Assembly (NCBI GenBank): GCA_015485895.1
Contig: WFSR01000012.1
Location: 3,201-67,200 of the forward strand
From: Candidatus Microgenomates bacterium
Lineage (GTDB): Bacteria > Patescibacteriota > Microgenomatia > UBA12405 > UBA6130
DNA: 64,000 bases
Direction: 5' to 3'
Below the pieces are notes generated by a model. That model saw only the letters and a program-made list of their open reading frames with translations, did no database searches and was not told where the DNA came from. Below are positions 36,215 through 46,507 of the stretch, in pieces. Position numbers and translations under genes: made by a program. How positions within the stretch are numbered: the first letter of the stretch is position 1; the number at the start of each line of letters is the position of its first letter.

Positions 36215-37451
36215 CGTTATTGATATCGGAACTACGAAAATTACTACTTTGGTGGCTCAGCATTTAGCCGAAGAGAATAAGCTAAATGTTATTGGCATCG
36301 CCTCTGCTCCGGCTGAGGGATTTAGGCGCGGGCAGATTATTAACATAGAGGAAGCCACCAATAGTTTAGCAAGTAGTGTAGAAGCAGCCGAACGAATGTC
36401 CAGCAATCCTATTAAGAAAGCATATATTGGTATTGTTGCTCCCTATTTGGAATCATTAAAGTCTACGGGTGTGGTTGCTGTTACAGAGCCAGAAAAGGAA
36501 ATTACTTCTCTGGATGTTGAAAAAGTTTTAGAAGCGGCCCGAGCTATTTCCCTCCCCAAAAATAGCACTGTTTTGCATGTAATTCCACGACAGTTTATCG
36601 TCGATGGTCAAGAAGGCATAGTTGATCCTCTAAGAATGACAGGAATTCGCCTAGAGGTCTCAGCAACCATTCTAACTGCCTCTATGGCTGCTCTTAATAA
36701 TCTTCGTAAAGCTCTTTTGGAAGCTGGGATAACACCTTTGGAATTGGTCTATAGCGGTTTTGCGAGTGCTGAGACTGTCCTCTCCCCAACCGAGAGAGAA
36801 TTGGGGTCTGTCCTTGTAGATATTGGAGGGACGGTAACCAGTATCACCGTCTTTGTAGAGGGATCACCAGTCTTTGTAAAGGTTTTACCGGTGGGGTCTG
36901 TAAATGTTACCAATGATTTAGCTATAGGCCTCCGTCTTCCCCTGGAGGAGGCTGAGAAATTAAAAATTTTTTTAAGTAAAGGGAAGAAGAATAAAAGGCT
37001 AAAGGAACGGTATTCTCCAGCGGCAATTGGCATCAATAGCCGTCGGGATATTGACCTTGATGTTGCCTTAAATGGCATTGTTCAGCCAAGGTTAGAGGAA
37101 ATTTGTCAATTAACAAGAGATGAATTGCAAAAAGTAAAATTGTTGGGAGCTACCCCAGCTGGTGTGGTGGTCACCGGTGGCGGCGGACTCTTACCTAATT
37201 TAACTGTTATTGCCCAGCGCATCATCGGTTTGCCTGTGCATATCGGTCGCCCGCATCAGTTGGGTGGCATTGCCGAAGAGATTACTACTCCATCTTATAG
37301 TAGTGCTTTAGGATTATTAGAATATGCAGCTAAAAATAATGAGGAGGCAAGTAAGTCTATTTTTATGCCTTCCTTTTCTTTCTTCCGCAATAATAATTTT
37401 AGAGGAGCGGCTGAGCGAATGTTAAATATTTTACGCCCCCTCTTACCATAA
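36192..37451 (+). CDS. ftsA: Cell division protein FtsA
   Basis: DIGTTKI, VDGQ.GI.DP..M.G.RLE, VDIGG and TGGG. Confidence 0.96.
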   Translation: MLYSKIISVIDIGTTKITTLVAQHLAEENKLNVIGIASAPAEGFRRGQIINIEEATNSLASSVEAAERMSSNPIKKAYIGIVAPYLESLKSTGVVAVTEPEKEITSLDVEKVLEAARAISLPKNSTVLHVIPRQFIVDGQEGIVDPLRMTGIRLEVSATILTASMAALNNLRKALLEAGITPLELVYSGFASAETVLSPTERELGSVLVDIGGTVTSITVFVEGSPVFVKVLPVGSVNVTNDLAIGLRLPLEEAEKLKIFLSKGKKNKRLKERYSPAAIGINSRRDIDLDVALNGIVQPRLEEICQLTRDELQKVKLLGATPAGVVVTGGGGLLPNLTVIAQRIIGLPVHIGRPHQLGGIAEEITTPSYSSALGLLEYAAKNNEEASKSIFMPSFSFFRNNNFRGAAERMLNILRPLLP

Positions 37452-38605
37452 TGGCGCTTTTGGAACCTTTGCCAGCCCAAGTCGCTAAAATTAAAGTCAT
37501 CGGTGTTGGTGGAGCAGGGATGAATGCTGTAAACCATATGCTGGAACAACAACCTCCAGAAGGAGTAGAATTTGTGGCTGTAAATACCGATGCTCAAGTA
37601 CTCTCCGCTTCATTGGCGCAGATAAAAGTGCAAATAGGTGATAAGTTGACACGTGGTTTAGGTGCAGGCGGAGATCCTCAGGTTGGGGCTAAAGCAGCTG
37701 AAGAATCAAAAGAAAAAATAAAACAGCTATTAGAAGGCTCGGATATGGTTTTTATTACTGCTGGAGCTGGTGGCGGGACAGGAACCGGTGCCGCTCCGGT
37801 AATTGCCCGATTGGCAAAACAGGAGCTGAAAATTCTTACGGTGGGGGTGGTTACGAAACCTTTCCATTTTGAAGGAACAAGGCGCATGGTGATTGCCGAG
37901 GAGGGGATTAAACACCTAAAGGAAACAACTGACGCTCTGATTACCATTCCTAACCAACATCTTCTAGATATTAAAAATAGCATCACTTTTCTCAATGCAT
38001 TCAAAATGGCAGACGCTGTCCTTGCCCGGGCGGTGGAAGGTATTGCTGAGATTATCACTGTTCCGGGACTTATTAATGTTGACTTTGCTGACATTAAAAC
38101 TATTATGCGTGATGCAGGCAGTGCTCTTTTAGGTGTTGGGTTAGGGGAAGGCGAACAGAGAGGTGAAAAAGCATTCCAGGAAGCGTTAAGATCGCCTCTC
38201 TTAGGCAATTCTATTCGTGGAGCTCGAGGGGTTTTATTTAATGTAGTCGGCGGAGAGGACTTAAAGATGGAGGAAATTCATTGGTTGGCAGAACAGTTAT
38301 CGCAGCAAGTAGGGGGGGATGCGAATATTATTTTTGGGGCACGAATAGATGATAAATTTAAAGGTAAACTTCGCTTAACCTTGATAGCAACTGGTTTTGA
38401 AGAGCAAGCGGCTCTACAACACTTGATTTCTCGCAAGGGAGATAAAAAAGCGACATCGTTGAAAAACCCGGAGCATGAAAAACAGAAAAAAGAAAAAAAG
38501 ATAGAAATGGACAAGATGCTAAAAAAAATTGCTACGGAAAATGCGGATTTAGGTGTTCATTTAGATGATCCTTTCGATATTCCTGCTTTCTTACGGCGTG
38601 CCTAA
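37451..38605 (+). CDS. ftsZ: Cell division protein FtsZ
   Basis: GGGTGTG, NVDFAD and DIPAFLR tail. Confidence 0.98.
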   Translation: MALLEPLPAQVAKIKVIGVGGAGMNAVNHMLEQQPPEGVEFVAVNTDAQVLSASLAQIKVQIGDKLTRGLGAGGDPQVGAKAAEESKEKIKQLLEGSDMVFITAGAGGGTGTGAAPVIARLAKQELKILTVGVVTKPFHFEGTRRMVIAEEGIKHLKETTDALITIPNQHLLDIKNSITFLNAFKMADAVLARAVEGIAEIITVPGLINVDFADIKTIMRDAGSALLGVGLGEGEQRGEKAFQEALRSPLLGNSIRGARGVLFNVVGGEDLKMEEIHWLAEQLSQQVGGDANIIFGARIDDKFKGKLRLTLIATGFEEQAALQHLISRKGDKKATSLKNPEHEKQKKEKKIEMDKMLKKIATENADLGVHLDDPFDIPAFLRRA

Positions 38606-38608
38606 GTA

Positions 38609-39649
38609 ATGAATAATTTTTTTTCTTCGCTTTCTTCAGGCAAAGTTTTGGTATTTTTCTTAATTTTCATTATGGCTGGTCTGAATTTGTTTACTCTCTG
38701 GACACTTAAAGCTAATGCTAGCACCCAACTACTTTTTTGGATACTTGGACTGACGGTTTTTTTCTTTCTTATTTTCTGGCGGCCATCATTATCGTCTTGG
38801 CGGAAATTTGACTGGCTTATTTACTTGAGTATAGTAATATCATTGCTCTTGCCCCTTTTTTGGGGGCAAACCATTAGAGGAGCTCGCCGTTGGCTTCATC
38901 TGGGTATTTTCTCAATTCAGGTATCGGAAATAGTAAAACCATTTTTTATTCTTTCTTTTGTTTCCTTGATAGAAAGGGGCAAAAAATGGACGGTCGGTTT
39001 TCTGGTGCTATTACCACTCCCGGTAATTTTTTTGCTTTTGAAGGAACCAGATTTTGGAAGTGCCATCCTTTATCTTAGTTTAGTTTTTTTCTTAGCTCTT
39101 TTGTATTATTGGCGGCAGAGAAAATTCTGGGTAGCGCTTGGCGGTGGCGTTTTACTCTTTTTTCTCTTGTTACCTTATTTACTTTCTCCTTATCAAAAAC
39201 AGCGTTGGAATACTTTTCTTCATCCCGGTAGTGATCCTTTAGGAGCTGGCTATAATACTCTCCAGGCAAAAGTCAATATAGGGTCGGGCCGCATTTTGGG
39301 CCATGGCCTCTGGCATTTAAAACAGGAATTACAGTTTCTCCCTGAGGCTCATACAGATTTTATCTTTGCTAGTTGGGCTCACGCTACCGGTTTTGCTGGG
39401 GTGATTTTTATCTTATCTCTCTATACCATCCTCTTTTGGACCTTGGGGCAAAAAGTTTTAGCTACCAAAACTGAATGGGTGTTCATTTTTCGCTTTCTAT
39501 TATTGGCACAGCTTTGGTTGCAAACGCTGGTTAATTTAGGGATGAACTTAGGAATTTTGCCAGTTACCGGATTGCCATTGCCATTTTTTTCTTATGGAGG
39601 ATCTTCGTTACTCGCCAGTATTCTAGCGCTTGCCTTTATTTTGCTTTAG
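38609..39649 (+). CDS. rodA: SEDS protein RodA
   Basis: GARRW, QVSE, DPLGAGYN, FLPEAHTDFIF and PVTGLPLPFFSYGGSS. Confidence 0.9.
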   Translation: MNNFFSSLSSGKVLVFFLIFIMAGLNLFTLWTLKANASTQLLFWILGLTVFFFLIFWRPSLSSWRKFDWLIYLSIVISLLLPLFWGQTIRGARRWLHLGIFSIQVSEIVKPFFILSFVSLIERGKKWTVGFLVLLPLPVIFLLLKEPDFGSAILYLSLVFFLALLYYWRQRKFWVALGGGVLLFFLLLPYLLSPYQKQRWNTFLHPGSDPLGAGYNTLQAKVNIGSGRILGHGLWHLKQELQFLPEAHTDFIFASWAHATGFAGVIFILSLYTILFWTLGQKVLATKTEWVFIFRFLLLAQLWLQTLVNLGMNLGILPVTGLPLPFFSYGGSSLLASILALAFILL

Positions 39650-39665
39650 CTGGTATAATTACAAA

Positions 39666-39980
39666 ATGTTAACGGCAATAATTGCCTTACAAGGCCACCA
39701 GTATTTAGTTCGTCCTGGTGAAGAGCTGACAGTAGATTTCCTTAACAAGAAACCTACAGGTGAGGTTCTGGCTCTTTTTGATGACGATAAGCTTGTCGCT
39801 TTGGGTAGTGACGCTAAAAAGTATCAGGTAGAATTTAAGTTGCTTGCTCCCCAGAAAAAAGGTAAAAAAATTACGGTTAGAACTTATAAAGCAAAAGCAC
39901 GCTATCGTCGTCACAAAGGTTTTCGCCCCTTGCAAACGGTAGCAAGAGTCATTAAAATTGCTAAAGATGGCCAAAAGTAA
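39666..39980 (+). CDS. rplU: 50S ribosomal protein L21
   Basis: G.QY.V..G, KGKKI, YKAK..YRR..GFR. Start taken at ATG 39666. Confidence 0.92.
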   Translation: MLTAIIALQGHQYLVRPGEELTVDFLNKKPTGEVLALFDDDKLVALGSDAKKYQVEFKLLAPQKKGKKITVRTYKAKARYRRHKGFRPLQTVARVIKIAKDGQK

Positions 39981-40212
39981 AGCTGCAGGAAAAACAGGCC
40001 AAGGTAGCCCTCGCCCGGGAAAGAGGCGAGGAGTAAAACGTTATGGTGGCCAGTTAGTAAGCCCTGGTGATATCATTGTTCGTCAAGTGGGCACGCGATT
40101 CCGGGCTGGTATAGGCACAAGATTAGGACGTGATTTTACTATTACGGCTCTCCGGGCCGGGCGAGTCCATTTCCGCCAGCAAAAAGGTAAAAAAATAGTA
40201 GTCGTTCTATGA
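39967..40212 (+). CDS. rpmA: 50S ribosomal protein L27
   Basis: KRRGVK.YGGQ, IIVRQ.GT and GRDFTI. Start taken at ATG 39967. Confidence 0.95.
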   Translation: MAKSKAAGKTGQGSPRPGKRRGVKRYGGQLVSPGDIIVRQVGTRFRAGIGTRLGRDFTITALRAGRVHFRQQKGKKIVVVL

Positions 40213-41045
40213 GGATGGCAAAGCAGGGGGCAAAAATTCAACAATTGCCAATTGATGTCCTCCAACCTAATCCCCTTCATCCCCGTGACAACATTGATGA
40301 AGGATCGTTGCAAGAGCTGAAAGAGTCAATTGCTCTTCAGGGAATTTTAGAGCCTATTTTGGTAGCCAGCACACCAGCGGGATACCAAATCATTGCCGGT
40401 GAGCGTCGCTGGCGAGCAGCAAAGTTAGTCGGTCTAACAACTATTCCAGCAGTTGTGCGAGAAGTTTCTCCCCAGCAAATGTTGGAAATGGCCCTGGTAG
40501 AAGATATTCAACAACAAAGGTTAAATCCTCTCGACCGAGCTAAAGCATTTAAGCGTCTTCATGATGAATTTGATCTGTCAATAAAAGCAATTGCCCAAAA
40601 AATAGGGAAAAGCTCTGCTTATGTTATTAACAGTATTCGTCTTTTACGTTTGCCAGATGCTTTAAAAGATGGCCTTTTAAGCGGTTTGATAAGCGAGGGA
40701 CATGCTCGGGCACTGATGGGATTAGGGAATACAAAAATAATAATTGAGGTTTACAAGCAAGTTTTACGAGAGCACGCTTCGGTTAGGAGAACGGAAGAAT
40801 TGGCACGAATAACAAAAAGGGGAGAAAACGAGGCGCAGAGGGATGTAATAAGTTATTCTCATATAGAAAGTTTGCATAATTATTTAGAAAAGAAACTTAA
40901 CATTCCCGGGATGATGATTAAAATTGATCAGACGAGAAGTATGCTAAAAATTAGTCTTCGGGCTCGAGGCTATGGCAATAAAGAAAAATTATTCTTCCGC
41001 TTTAGCGATTTAGTTGGCTGGTCAAAGCGTACGAAGGGCGTTTAA
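40209..41045 (+). CDS. parB: ParB/Spo0J partition protein
   Basis: PNPLHPR, GILEPILV, IIAGERRWRAA, HTH and SEGHARAL. Confidence 0.93.
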   Translation: MRMAKQGAKIQQLPIDVLQPNPLHPRDNIDEGSLQELKESIALQGILEPILVASTPAGYQIIAGERRWRAAKLVGLTTIPAVVREVSPQQMLEMALVEDIQQQRLNPLDRAKAFKRLHDEFDLSIKAIAQKIGKSSAYVINSIRLLRLPDALKDGLLSGLISEGHARALMGLGNTKIIIEVYKQVLREHASVRRTEELARITKRGENEAQRDVISYSHIESLHNYLEKKLNIPGMMIKIDQTRSMLKISLRARGYGNKEKLFFRFSDLVGWSKRTKGV

Positions 41046-41592
41046 TTACTTGAACACGGTTAAGTGGCCAGTAGCGGAAAATTGCCCGACCGACAATACG
41101 AGTGACGGCGATGGGTCCGAAAGCACGGGAATCACGAGAGTGGGGACGATTATCGCCGAAGACCATATAATGGCCAGGAGGAATAGTAAAAGGCACATCA
41201 TCTCTTAGGAATTCCTCCCCGGTAGTATTTATGTCTGATGCTAGATAAGATTCTTTAAACAAGTGCCGGTTAATGTAAACATGGCCCTGATGTAGCTCAA
41301 TTGTCTCACCAGGCAAACCAATAACGCGTTTAATATATTCACATTGATCGATGGCACATGGTTCGCTGGGGGGTGCTTTAAAAATTATCACATCACCTCG
41401 CTGCGGAGGATGAAAACGATAAGAGATTTTCTCCGTCAGGAGGAGGTCGCTGTTATGGAAGGTGGGCATCATTGAATGGCCTTTAACTTTGTTTGGTTGG
41501 GCGATAAAGAAATAGGTGAGAGCGAAAATGGAAAAGGCAAATACCAAAGCCTGAAGAGAGTCAAGAAAAAAATACCAGAGTTTTTTAAACAT
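41002..41592 (-). CDS. lepB: Signal peptidase I
   Basis: GHSMMPT, YIKRVIGLPG and GDNRPHSRDSR. Confidence 0.95.
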   Translation of the reverse strand: MFKKLWYFFLDSLQALVFAFSIFALTYFFIAQPNKVKGHSMMPTFHNSDLLLTEKISYRFHPPQRGDVIIFKAPPSEPCAIDQCEYIKRVIGLPGETIELHQGHVYINRHLFKESYLASDINTTGEEFLRDDVPFTIPPGHYMVFGDNRPHSRDSRAFGPIAVTRIVGRAIFRYWPLNRVQVIKRPSYALTSQLNR

Positions 41593-41710
41593 TATGGTTT
41601 AGTTTAATCTTGTCTTTTTCGACAGTCAAGAGGTAAAAGTTTGGGATGCGGAAACAGACTTGAAAGTCAGGCAGTGAACTAGATAATTGTCTGGGGGTTA
41701 TAATTAGTTT

Positions 41711-42826
41711 ATGAAAGTGGCAATAGTCCGAGGGGCTTTCTCAGGCCCTTGGGAATTGCAAAACTATTATACCCTAAAGGAGAAAGATGTTTTTCTAAAG
41801 GTTTTTACTAGCCAGTGGCCTTTAGACTCCCATTTTGAGCTACCGCAACAACATCTCTGGTCGCCGGTAGATTTGCCCTCCTTCCCCTATAAAATGCCAA
41901 TTTTAAACCGTCTTATAGGAGATGCTCATTATCTTTGGGGATTAGAAAAGCAGTTATATAATTTTGACATTGCCCATACTGCTGAGACTTACTATTACTA
42001 TACCCAACAATGTTTAAAGGCTAAAAAGCGGGGTTGGGTAAAGAAGGTTATAAGCACTGTTTGGGAGACTATTCCTTTCAATAATGAACAGATATGGCGG
42101 CGGAGGGCGTTTAAATATCGTGCCTCTCAGGAAATTGATCTTTTTTTAGCACCAACCCAACGGGCAGCTCGGGCTTTGAAAAAAGAAGGAGTTGCCACCC
42201 ACAAAATTAAAGTTTTACCAATGGGAGTAGGCCAAGTGTTTTTCACTCAAAAAATAAAACCTCAGAGGAAAATCGCTACCCATCTCCTTTTCGTAGGAAG
42301 ATTGGTCAAGGAGAAAGGCATTTGGGATTTACTTCAGAGTTTCAAGCGTTTACAAAAAGATGGGTTAAAATTAAAGCTGTTACTAGTTGGCCAAGGGCCA
42401 GAAAGGAAAAGAATCACTGCCTGGATTAAGGCTAACGGGTTTTCTCGGTTTGTTAAAATTAAGAAAGTGGAATATCGACGAATGCCAAAAGTGTACCGTT
42501 GGGCTGACATTTTTATTTTACCCTCAATTCATACACAATATTGGGAAGAACAATATGGTATGGCAGCGGTGGAAGCTTTAGCTAGTGGACTGCCAGTAGT
42601 GGTTAGTGATTCAGGGGCCTTGCCAGAAGTAGTTGGTCCGGCTGGTATAGTAGTACCAGAGAGTAATCCTAGCATTCTTGCCAAAACCCTTTATCAATTG
42701 GCAACTGACTCTCAGCGACGCAATGATTTGGGCGTTTTAGCTTACCAGTGGGCTAGAAAAAGATACTTTGCCCCTACAGTGGCTGCAAAAATTTTAGATA
42801 TTTATACCACGCTTTTACGTGAGTAA
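41711..42826 (+). CDS. GT4 glycosyltransferase
   Basis: FVGRLVKEKG and EQYGMAAVEALASG. Confidence 0.92.
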   Translation: MKVAIVRGAFSGPWELQNYYTLKEKDVFLKVFTSQWPLDSHFELPQQHLWSPVDLPSFPYKMPILNRLIGDAHYLWGLEKQLYNFDIAHTAETYYYYTQQCLKAKKRGWVKKVISTVWETIPFNNEQIWRRRAFKYRASQEIDLFLAPTQRAARALKKEGVATHKIKVLPMGVGQVFFTQKIKPQRKIATHLLFVGRLVKEKGIWDLLQSFKRLQKDGLKLKLLLVGQGPERKRITAWIKANGFSRFVKIKKVEYRRMPKVYRWADIFILPSIHTQYWEEQYGMAAVEALASGLPVVVSDSGALPEVVGPAGIVVPESNPSILAKTLYQLATDSQRRNDLGVLAYQWARKRYFAPTVAAKILDIYTTLLRE

Positions 42827-43805
42827 GCTAGCAATTCAACGGAATATGCCGTTAGCTCCTTATACTACCCTTAAAATTGGGGGGCCAGCTGATTACTTGC
42901 TGGATGCCTACTCATTTTCAGAATTACAACATGCTTTAGCGTGGGCTTTAAAAAAGAATTTACCCTGGTATATTTTGGGTGGGGGGAGTAATGTGCTAAT
43001 TAGCGATCGAGGGATAAGAGGTCTAGTTATTATCAATTGCATCAAGGGATGGCAGGTCATTTCATCCACATCGGCTCAAAAACCTGATATGGGCATTGCT
43101 AGTCGTTGGCACAATACTTTTACTCTAAAACCTCCACAACGCGGTAAAGGAATTATAATTGAAGTGGCAACAGGCACTGATTTAAAAACCTTCCTTTTTC
43201 AGTTAGCGGAAAATCAGATCACCGGTTTAGAATGGTTTGCTGGTATCCCGGGAACTATTGGAGGGGCAATAAAAAACAACATTCACGGTGGCCCTGATTT
43301 TTTTAGCCAATACCTACTAGGGGTGCAAATATGGCAGCGAAATAGAATAGAAAATTATTCCTTGCGTCGGGAAGATTTTGATTATGATAGTTCTCCTTTT
43401 GACTCGCAAACTGTGCTTTTAAAGGCAAAGTTATTGCTTTTCCAAGCTGAAGATAAGCGCGGCAAATTGTTTTTGCAGGAGTGGGGAAAAGCAAAATTAC
43501 AAAACCAACCTCAAAATTCTGCCGGGTGTATTTTTCAAAATTTATCAGCTAAAGAACAAAAATGGCTCCATTTACCCAGCTCGAGTTGGGGCTATATTAT
43601 TGATAAAGTTTTACATTTAAAGGGCCAACAAATTGGTGGTGCTCAAATTTCTCATCGGCATGCGGCTTTTATTGTTAATGCCAACGGCAAGGCCCGGGCC
43701 CAAGACATTTTAGCCTTGATTGCTTTAATTAAAGAAAAAAGCAGACGGGTTTTGGGAGTAGAGCCTCGTTTAGAAATTCAGCTTTTAGGCTTCAATGGAA
43801 AATAA
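42819..43805 (+). CDS. murB: UDP-N-acetylenolpyruvoylglucosamine reductase
   Basis: TTLKIGGPA, LGGGSNVL, GIPGTIGGA, SAGCIFQN and HAAFIVN. Confidence 0.95.
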   Translation: MSKLAIQRNMPLAPYTTLKIGGPADYLLDAYSFSELQHALAWALKKNLPWYILGGGSNVLISDRGIRGLVIINCIKGWQVISSTSAQKPDMGIASRWHNTFTLKPPQRGKGIIIEVATGTDLKTFLFQLAENQITGLEWFAGIPGTIGGAIKNNIHGGPDFFSQYLLGVQIWQRNRIENYSLRREDFDYDSSPFDSQTVLLKAKLLLFQAEDKRGKLFLQEWGKAKLQNQPQNSAGCIFQNLSAKEQKWLHLPSSSWGYIIDKVLHLKGQQIGGAQISHRHAAFIVNANGKARAQDILALIALIKEKSRRVLGVEPRLEIQLLGFNGK

Positions 43806-44547
43806 AGTTAAGGTTACCGCTGTTGTTTTGACCAAAAATGAAGCTCTCCAAATAAGGGAGTGTTTAGATGGATTAAAGTGGGCTGATGAAATATTGGTGA
43901 TAGATGATTACTCGCAAGATACTACCGTTAAACTTGCGCGGCAGAAAGGAGCGAGAGTTTTAAAGCATCACTTAAAAAATTTTGCTGATCAACGAAATTT
44001 AGCCCTGCACCGGGCAAATTATCCTTGGGTCTTTTTTGTAGATGCTGATGAGCGCGTTACCCCCACCCTAGCTAAAGAGATTGTGCGACGTATTGAGAAA
44101 AGAGGAGGGGAGAAAGGCTATCGTTTCCATAGACAAGATATTTTTTGGGGGCATGCCCTACATTTCGGTGAAAATGCCCGCAATACTTTTATCCGTTTAG
44201 GGCGAAAAAATGCTGGCTGTTGGCAAGGTTTTGTGCACGAGAGATGGGCAATAAAAGGGAAAGTGGGAAACGTGCAAGAGCCACTTTATCATCGGTTGCC
44301 CTCTTTGAGAAGTTTTTTAGAGAAAATAAATTTTTATACTAGTTTACGGGCCAGAGAATTGAAACGACAAAATAAAGCTGTCAATAGCCTTAGTGTTGTG
44401 GTCTATCCATTAGCGAAATTCTGCTGTGATTATTGCTTTTGGCAAGGTTTTCGCGACGGCACACCTGGTTTGATCATAGCAATGCTAATGACTTTCCATT
44501 CATTTTTAGTTCGAGCTAAATTATGGCACCTTTACCATCATGATTAA
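43795..44547 (+). CDS. GT2 glycosyltransferase (beta-1,4-glucosyltransferase-like)
   Basis: TKNEA, DDYSQD.T, FADQRN, VDADE and GFRDG..G. Confidence 0.9.
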   Translation: MENKVKVTAVVLTKNEALQIRECLDGLKWADEILVIDDYSQDTTVKLARQKGARVLKHHLKNFADQRNLALHRANYPWVFFVDADERVTPTLAKEIVRRIEKRGGEKGYRFHRQDIFWGHALHFGENARNTFIRLGRKNAGCWQGFVHERWAIKGKVGNVQEPLYHRLPSLRSFLEKINFYTSLRARELKRQNKAVNSLSVVVYPLAKFCCDYCFWQGFRDGTPGLIIAMLMTFHSFLVRAKLWHLYHHD

Positions 44548-45607
44548 CATCGAGACAATTATTCTCATAATTTATCCTTTAGGTGCCTGGCTTAGCCTTC
44601 CGCTCTTACCCTGGCACGTTACACTTTTGGATGTCCTGGTTTTACTCTTTGTTGTTAAAAATGGACGAATTTTCTTTGGGAAAGAATTTGTACCTCTCTG
44701 GCTATTTAGCGCTGCACTTATATTTTCCTATATACGGTCTTTATGGCAGGTAGATTTTAATTTTACCTGGAGAGCTTTTTTATATTTAGGGAGAACCGTA
44801 GTTTACTATGCCTTTTTGGCCTATTTCTTGAATAAGCGAAACAATAGCTATAAAAGCGGAATCTTTTGGGTTACTTGGTGGCTAATGATCATTGGCTTAA
44901 GCCAATATCTTTTAGTGCGCAACTTTTTAAGCTGGCAAGTTCTAGGGTGGGATCCCCACATTGATCGTCTGGTGGGCAACTGGTATGATCCAGGTTTTCT
45001 GGCTACTGCTTATCTACTATTATTGATTTTTTGGAACTCGTTTCTAAATTCTTTTGCTACATTTGGATTATGGCTAATTACCTGGCTTGCCCTTTTCTTG
45101 ACTTACGCTAGATCTATTTGGATCTTAGCAGCAGGATGGCTACTAAGTCGGCGGAAACATATCGCCCTATATCTCTTGGTGCTTTTAGGAGGAACTTTCC
45201 TAATATTCCCACATAATACTAGCGAGGGAACAAAAATTTTACGAACAGCATCTATAAATGGACGATGGCGAAACGGGAAAGTGGCCTGGCAAATTTTTAA
45301 GCATCATCCTTTATTAGGTATAGGTTTTGACAACTTAGCTTCTTGGCGTTTACGCCAGGGTATAAATGTAGGCCATGCCAGCATGGGTTTTGAAAACAGT
45401 TTTCTCTTCCTATTAGCTACGGGGGGGTTAATTAGTTGTTTTGGCTATTTCATCTTTCTCTGGAACTTGATGAAGAGAATGACATTGCAAGGTCAACATC
45501 TAACGATTTTATGGCTGTTAAGTGGTCTTTTCAACAACACCCTTTTTTATCCTCTCCTTATCACTCTCTTGGCATTTTTGCTGGCAGCCACTAAGGATGG
45601 TAGGTAA
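44540..45607 (+). CDS. O-antigen ligase/polymerase (Wzy_C)-like membrane protein
   Basis: Multi-TM protein with LTYARS, R..W....F..HPLLGIG and NSF...ATGG. Confidence 0.75.
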   Translation: MINIETIILIIYPLGAWLSLPLLPWHVTLLDVLVLLFVVKNGRIFFGKEFVPLWLFSAALIFSYIRSLWQVDFNFTWRAFLYLGRTVVYYAFLAYFLNKRNNSYKSGIFWVTWWLMIIGLSQYLLVRNFLSWQVLGWDPHIDRLVGNWYDPGFLATAYLLLLIFWNSFLNSFATFGLWLITWLALFLTYARSIWILAAGWLLSRRKHIALYLLVLLGGTFLIFPHNTSEGTKILRTASINGRWRNGKVAWQIFKHHPLLGIGFDNLASWRLRQGINVGHASMGFENSFLFLLATGGLISCFGYFIFLWNLMKRMTLQGQHLTILWLLSGLFNNTLFYPLLITLLAFLLAATKDGR

Positions 45608-46310
45608 TTACTATTGTTTTTTCAGTCATATTCCCGGCATTGTCTTCAGCGCGAATAATGAATTTATTATCACCACTAGCAAGCTCCATCTTGGTAGAAA
45701 AATGCCCTTCACTATCAACCAATACTAGATGATCGTTAATCGTAAGTTTGGCATTGGGTTCTGTTTTGCCTTGAATCTCAGCTGTCTCTTGATAGCTTAC
45801 ACTGGTAGCATTAGATGGTTTTTTAATTTCTAATTGCGGTGGCTGATTATCAAAAATAATTGTGTAAATTCCCGAGGTGTTACTTTTTTGTTGGTCTCTT
45901 TCGGCAATAGCCCAAAAACTATTCTTGCCCGGTTGCAAACCAATATGATCAAAGCAGAAAGACCCATGCTGGTCGCTCTTAGTAGTAGCCAATAATTTAG
46001 TGCCGCTATAAAGGGCAATAACACTGTTAGGATCAGCAAGACCATCCAGGGTTATAGTAGCACTATTAGTGGCCTCGGGAGAGTTAGTGAAACGAGGAGG
46101 AAGAGGGGCGATTATTTCTTTCGCAGGCGGAGTTTGTTTCTGCTGATCCCAAAAAGTAGCTAGCCGAATTAAAAACGGAATGCCGAAAAAGATAGAGAGG
46201 ACCAGAAGGATTAGCGTTAAAATCCCTAGTAAGATTGCTCGTCGCGTGAACTGCTCGTTGGAAGAATAACGAGGTGCCATTTGCTTACTGGTTGTCTTAA
46301 ATTTTCTCAT
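45591..46310 (-). CDS. Membrane-anchored protein with Ig-like beta domains
   Basis: N-terminal TM segment, then repeated 'G..EP...L.IN...V.V...G.F...L..G.N...I.A.D.AGN' Ig-like pattern. Confidence 0.7.
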   Translation of the reverse strand: MRKFKTTSKQMAPRYSSNEQFTRRAILLGILTLILLVLSIFFGIPFLIRLATFWDQQKQTPPAKEIIAPLPPRFTNSPEATNSATITLDGLADPNSVIALYSGTKLLATTKSDQHGSFCFDHIGLQPGKNSFWAIAERDQQKSNTSGIYTIIFDNQPPQLEIKKPSNATSVSYQETAEIQGKTEPNAKLTINDHLVLVDSEGHFSTKMELASGDNKFIIRAEDNAGNMTEKTIVITYHP

Positions 46311-46317
46311 TACTAAG

Positions 46318-46389
46318 AGCTGGTAGGAGGAGTTGAACCTCCAACCTTTCCCTTACGAAGGGACTGCTCTGCCATTGAGCTATACCAGC
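46318..46389 (-). tRNA. tRNA-Thr(CGT)
   Basis: GCTGGTA...TTCGTAA loop...GTTCAACTCC...TACCAGCT. Confidence 0.93.
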
Positions 46390-46399
46390 TAATCATAAG

Positions 46400-46470
46400 A
46401 GCGACCAGCGGGATTCGGACCCGCGTCTTCACCTTGGGAAGGTGATGTTGGGCCACTCAACTATGGTCGC
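46400..46470 (-). tRNA. tRNA-Gly(CCC)
   Basis: GCGACCA...TCACC-TTCCCAA-GGTGA...GTCCGAATCC...TGGTCGCT. Confidence 0.92.
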
Positions 46471-46507
46471 ATAGTCTATTTTAGCCTAGCGTTGTTTTGA
46501 TAGCAAA

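Noticed and set aside
37678-38208. 176-aa antisense ORF in ftsZ, and similar shadow ORFs in dnaE, ppsA and murG
   Set aside because: They are antisense or alternative-frame shadows of conserved genes with no motifs of their own.
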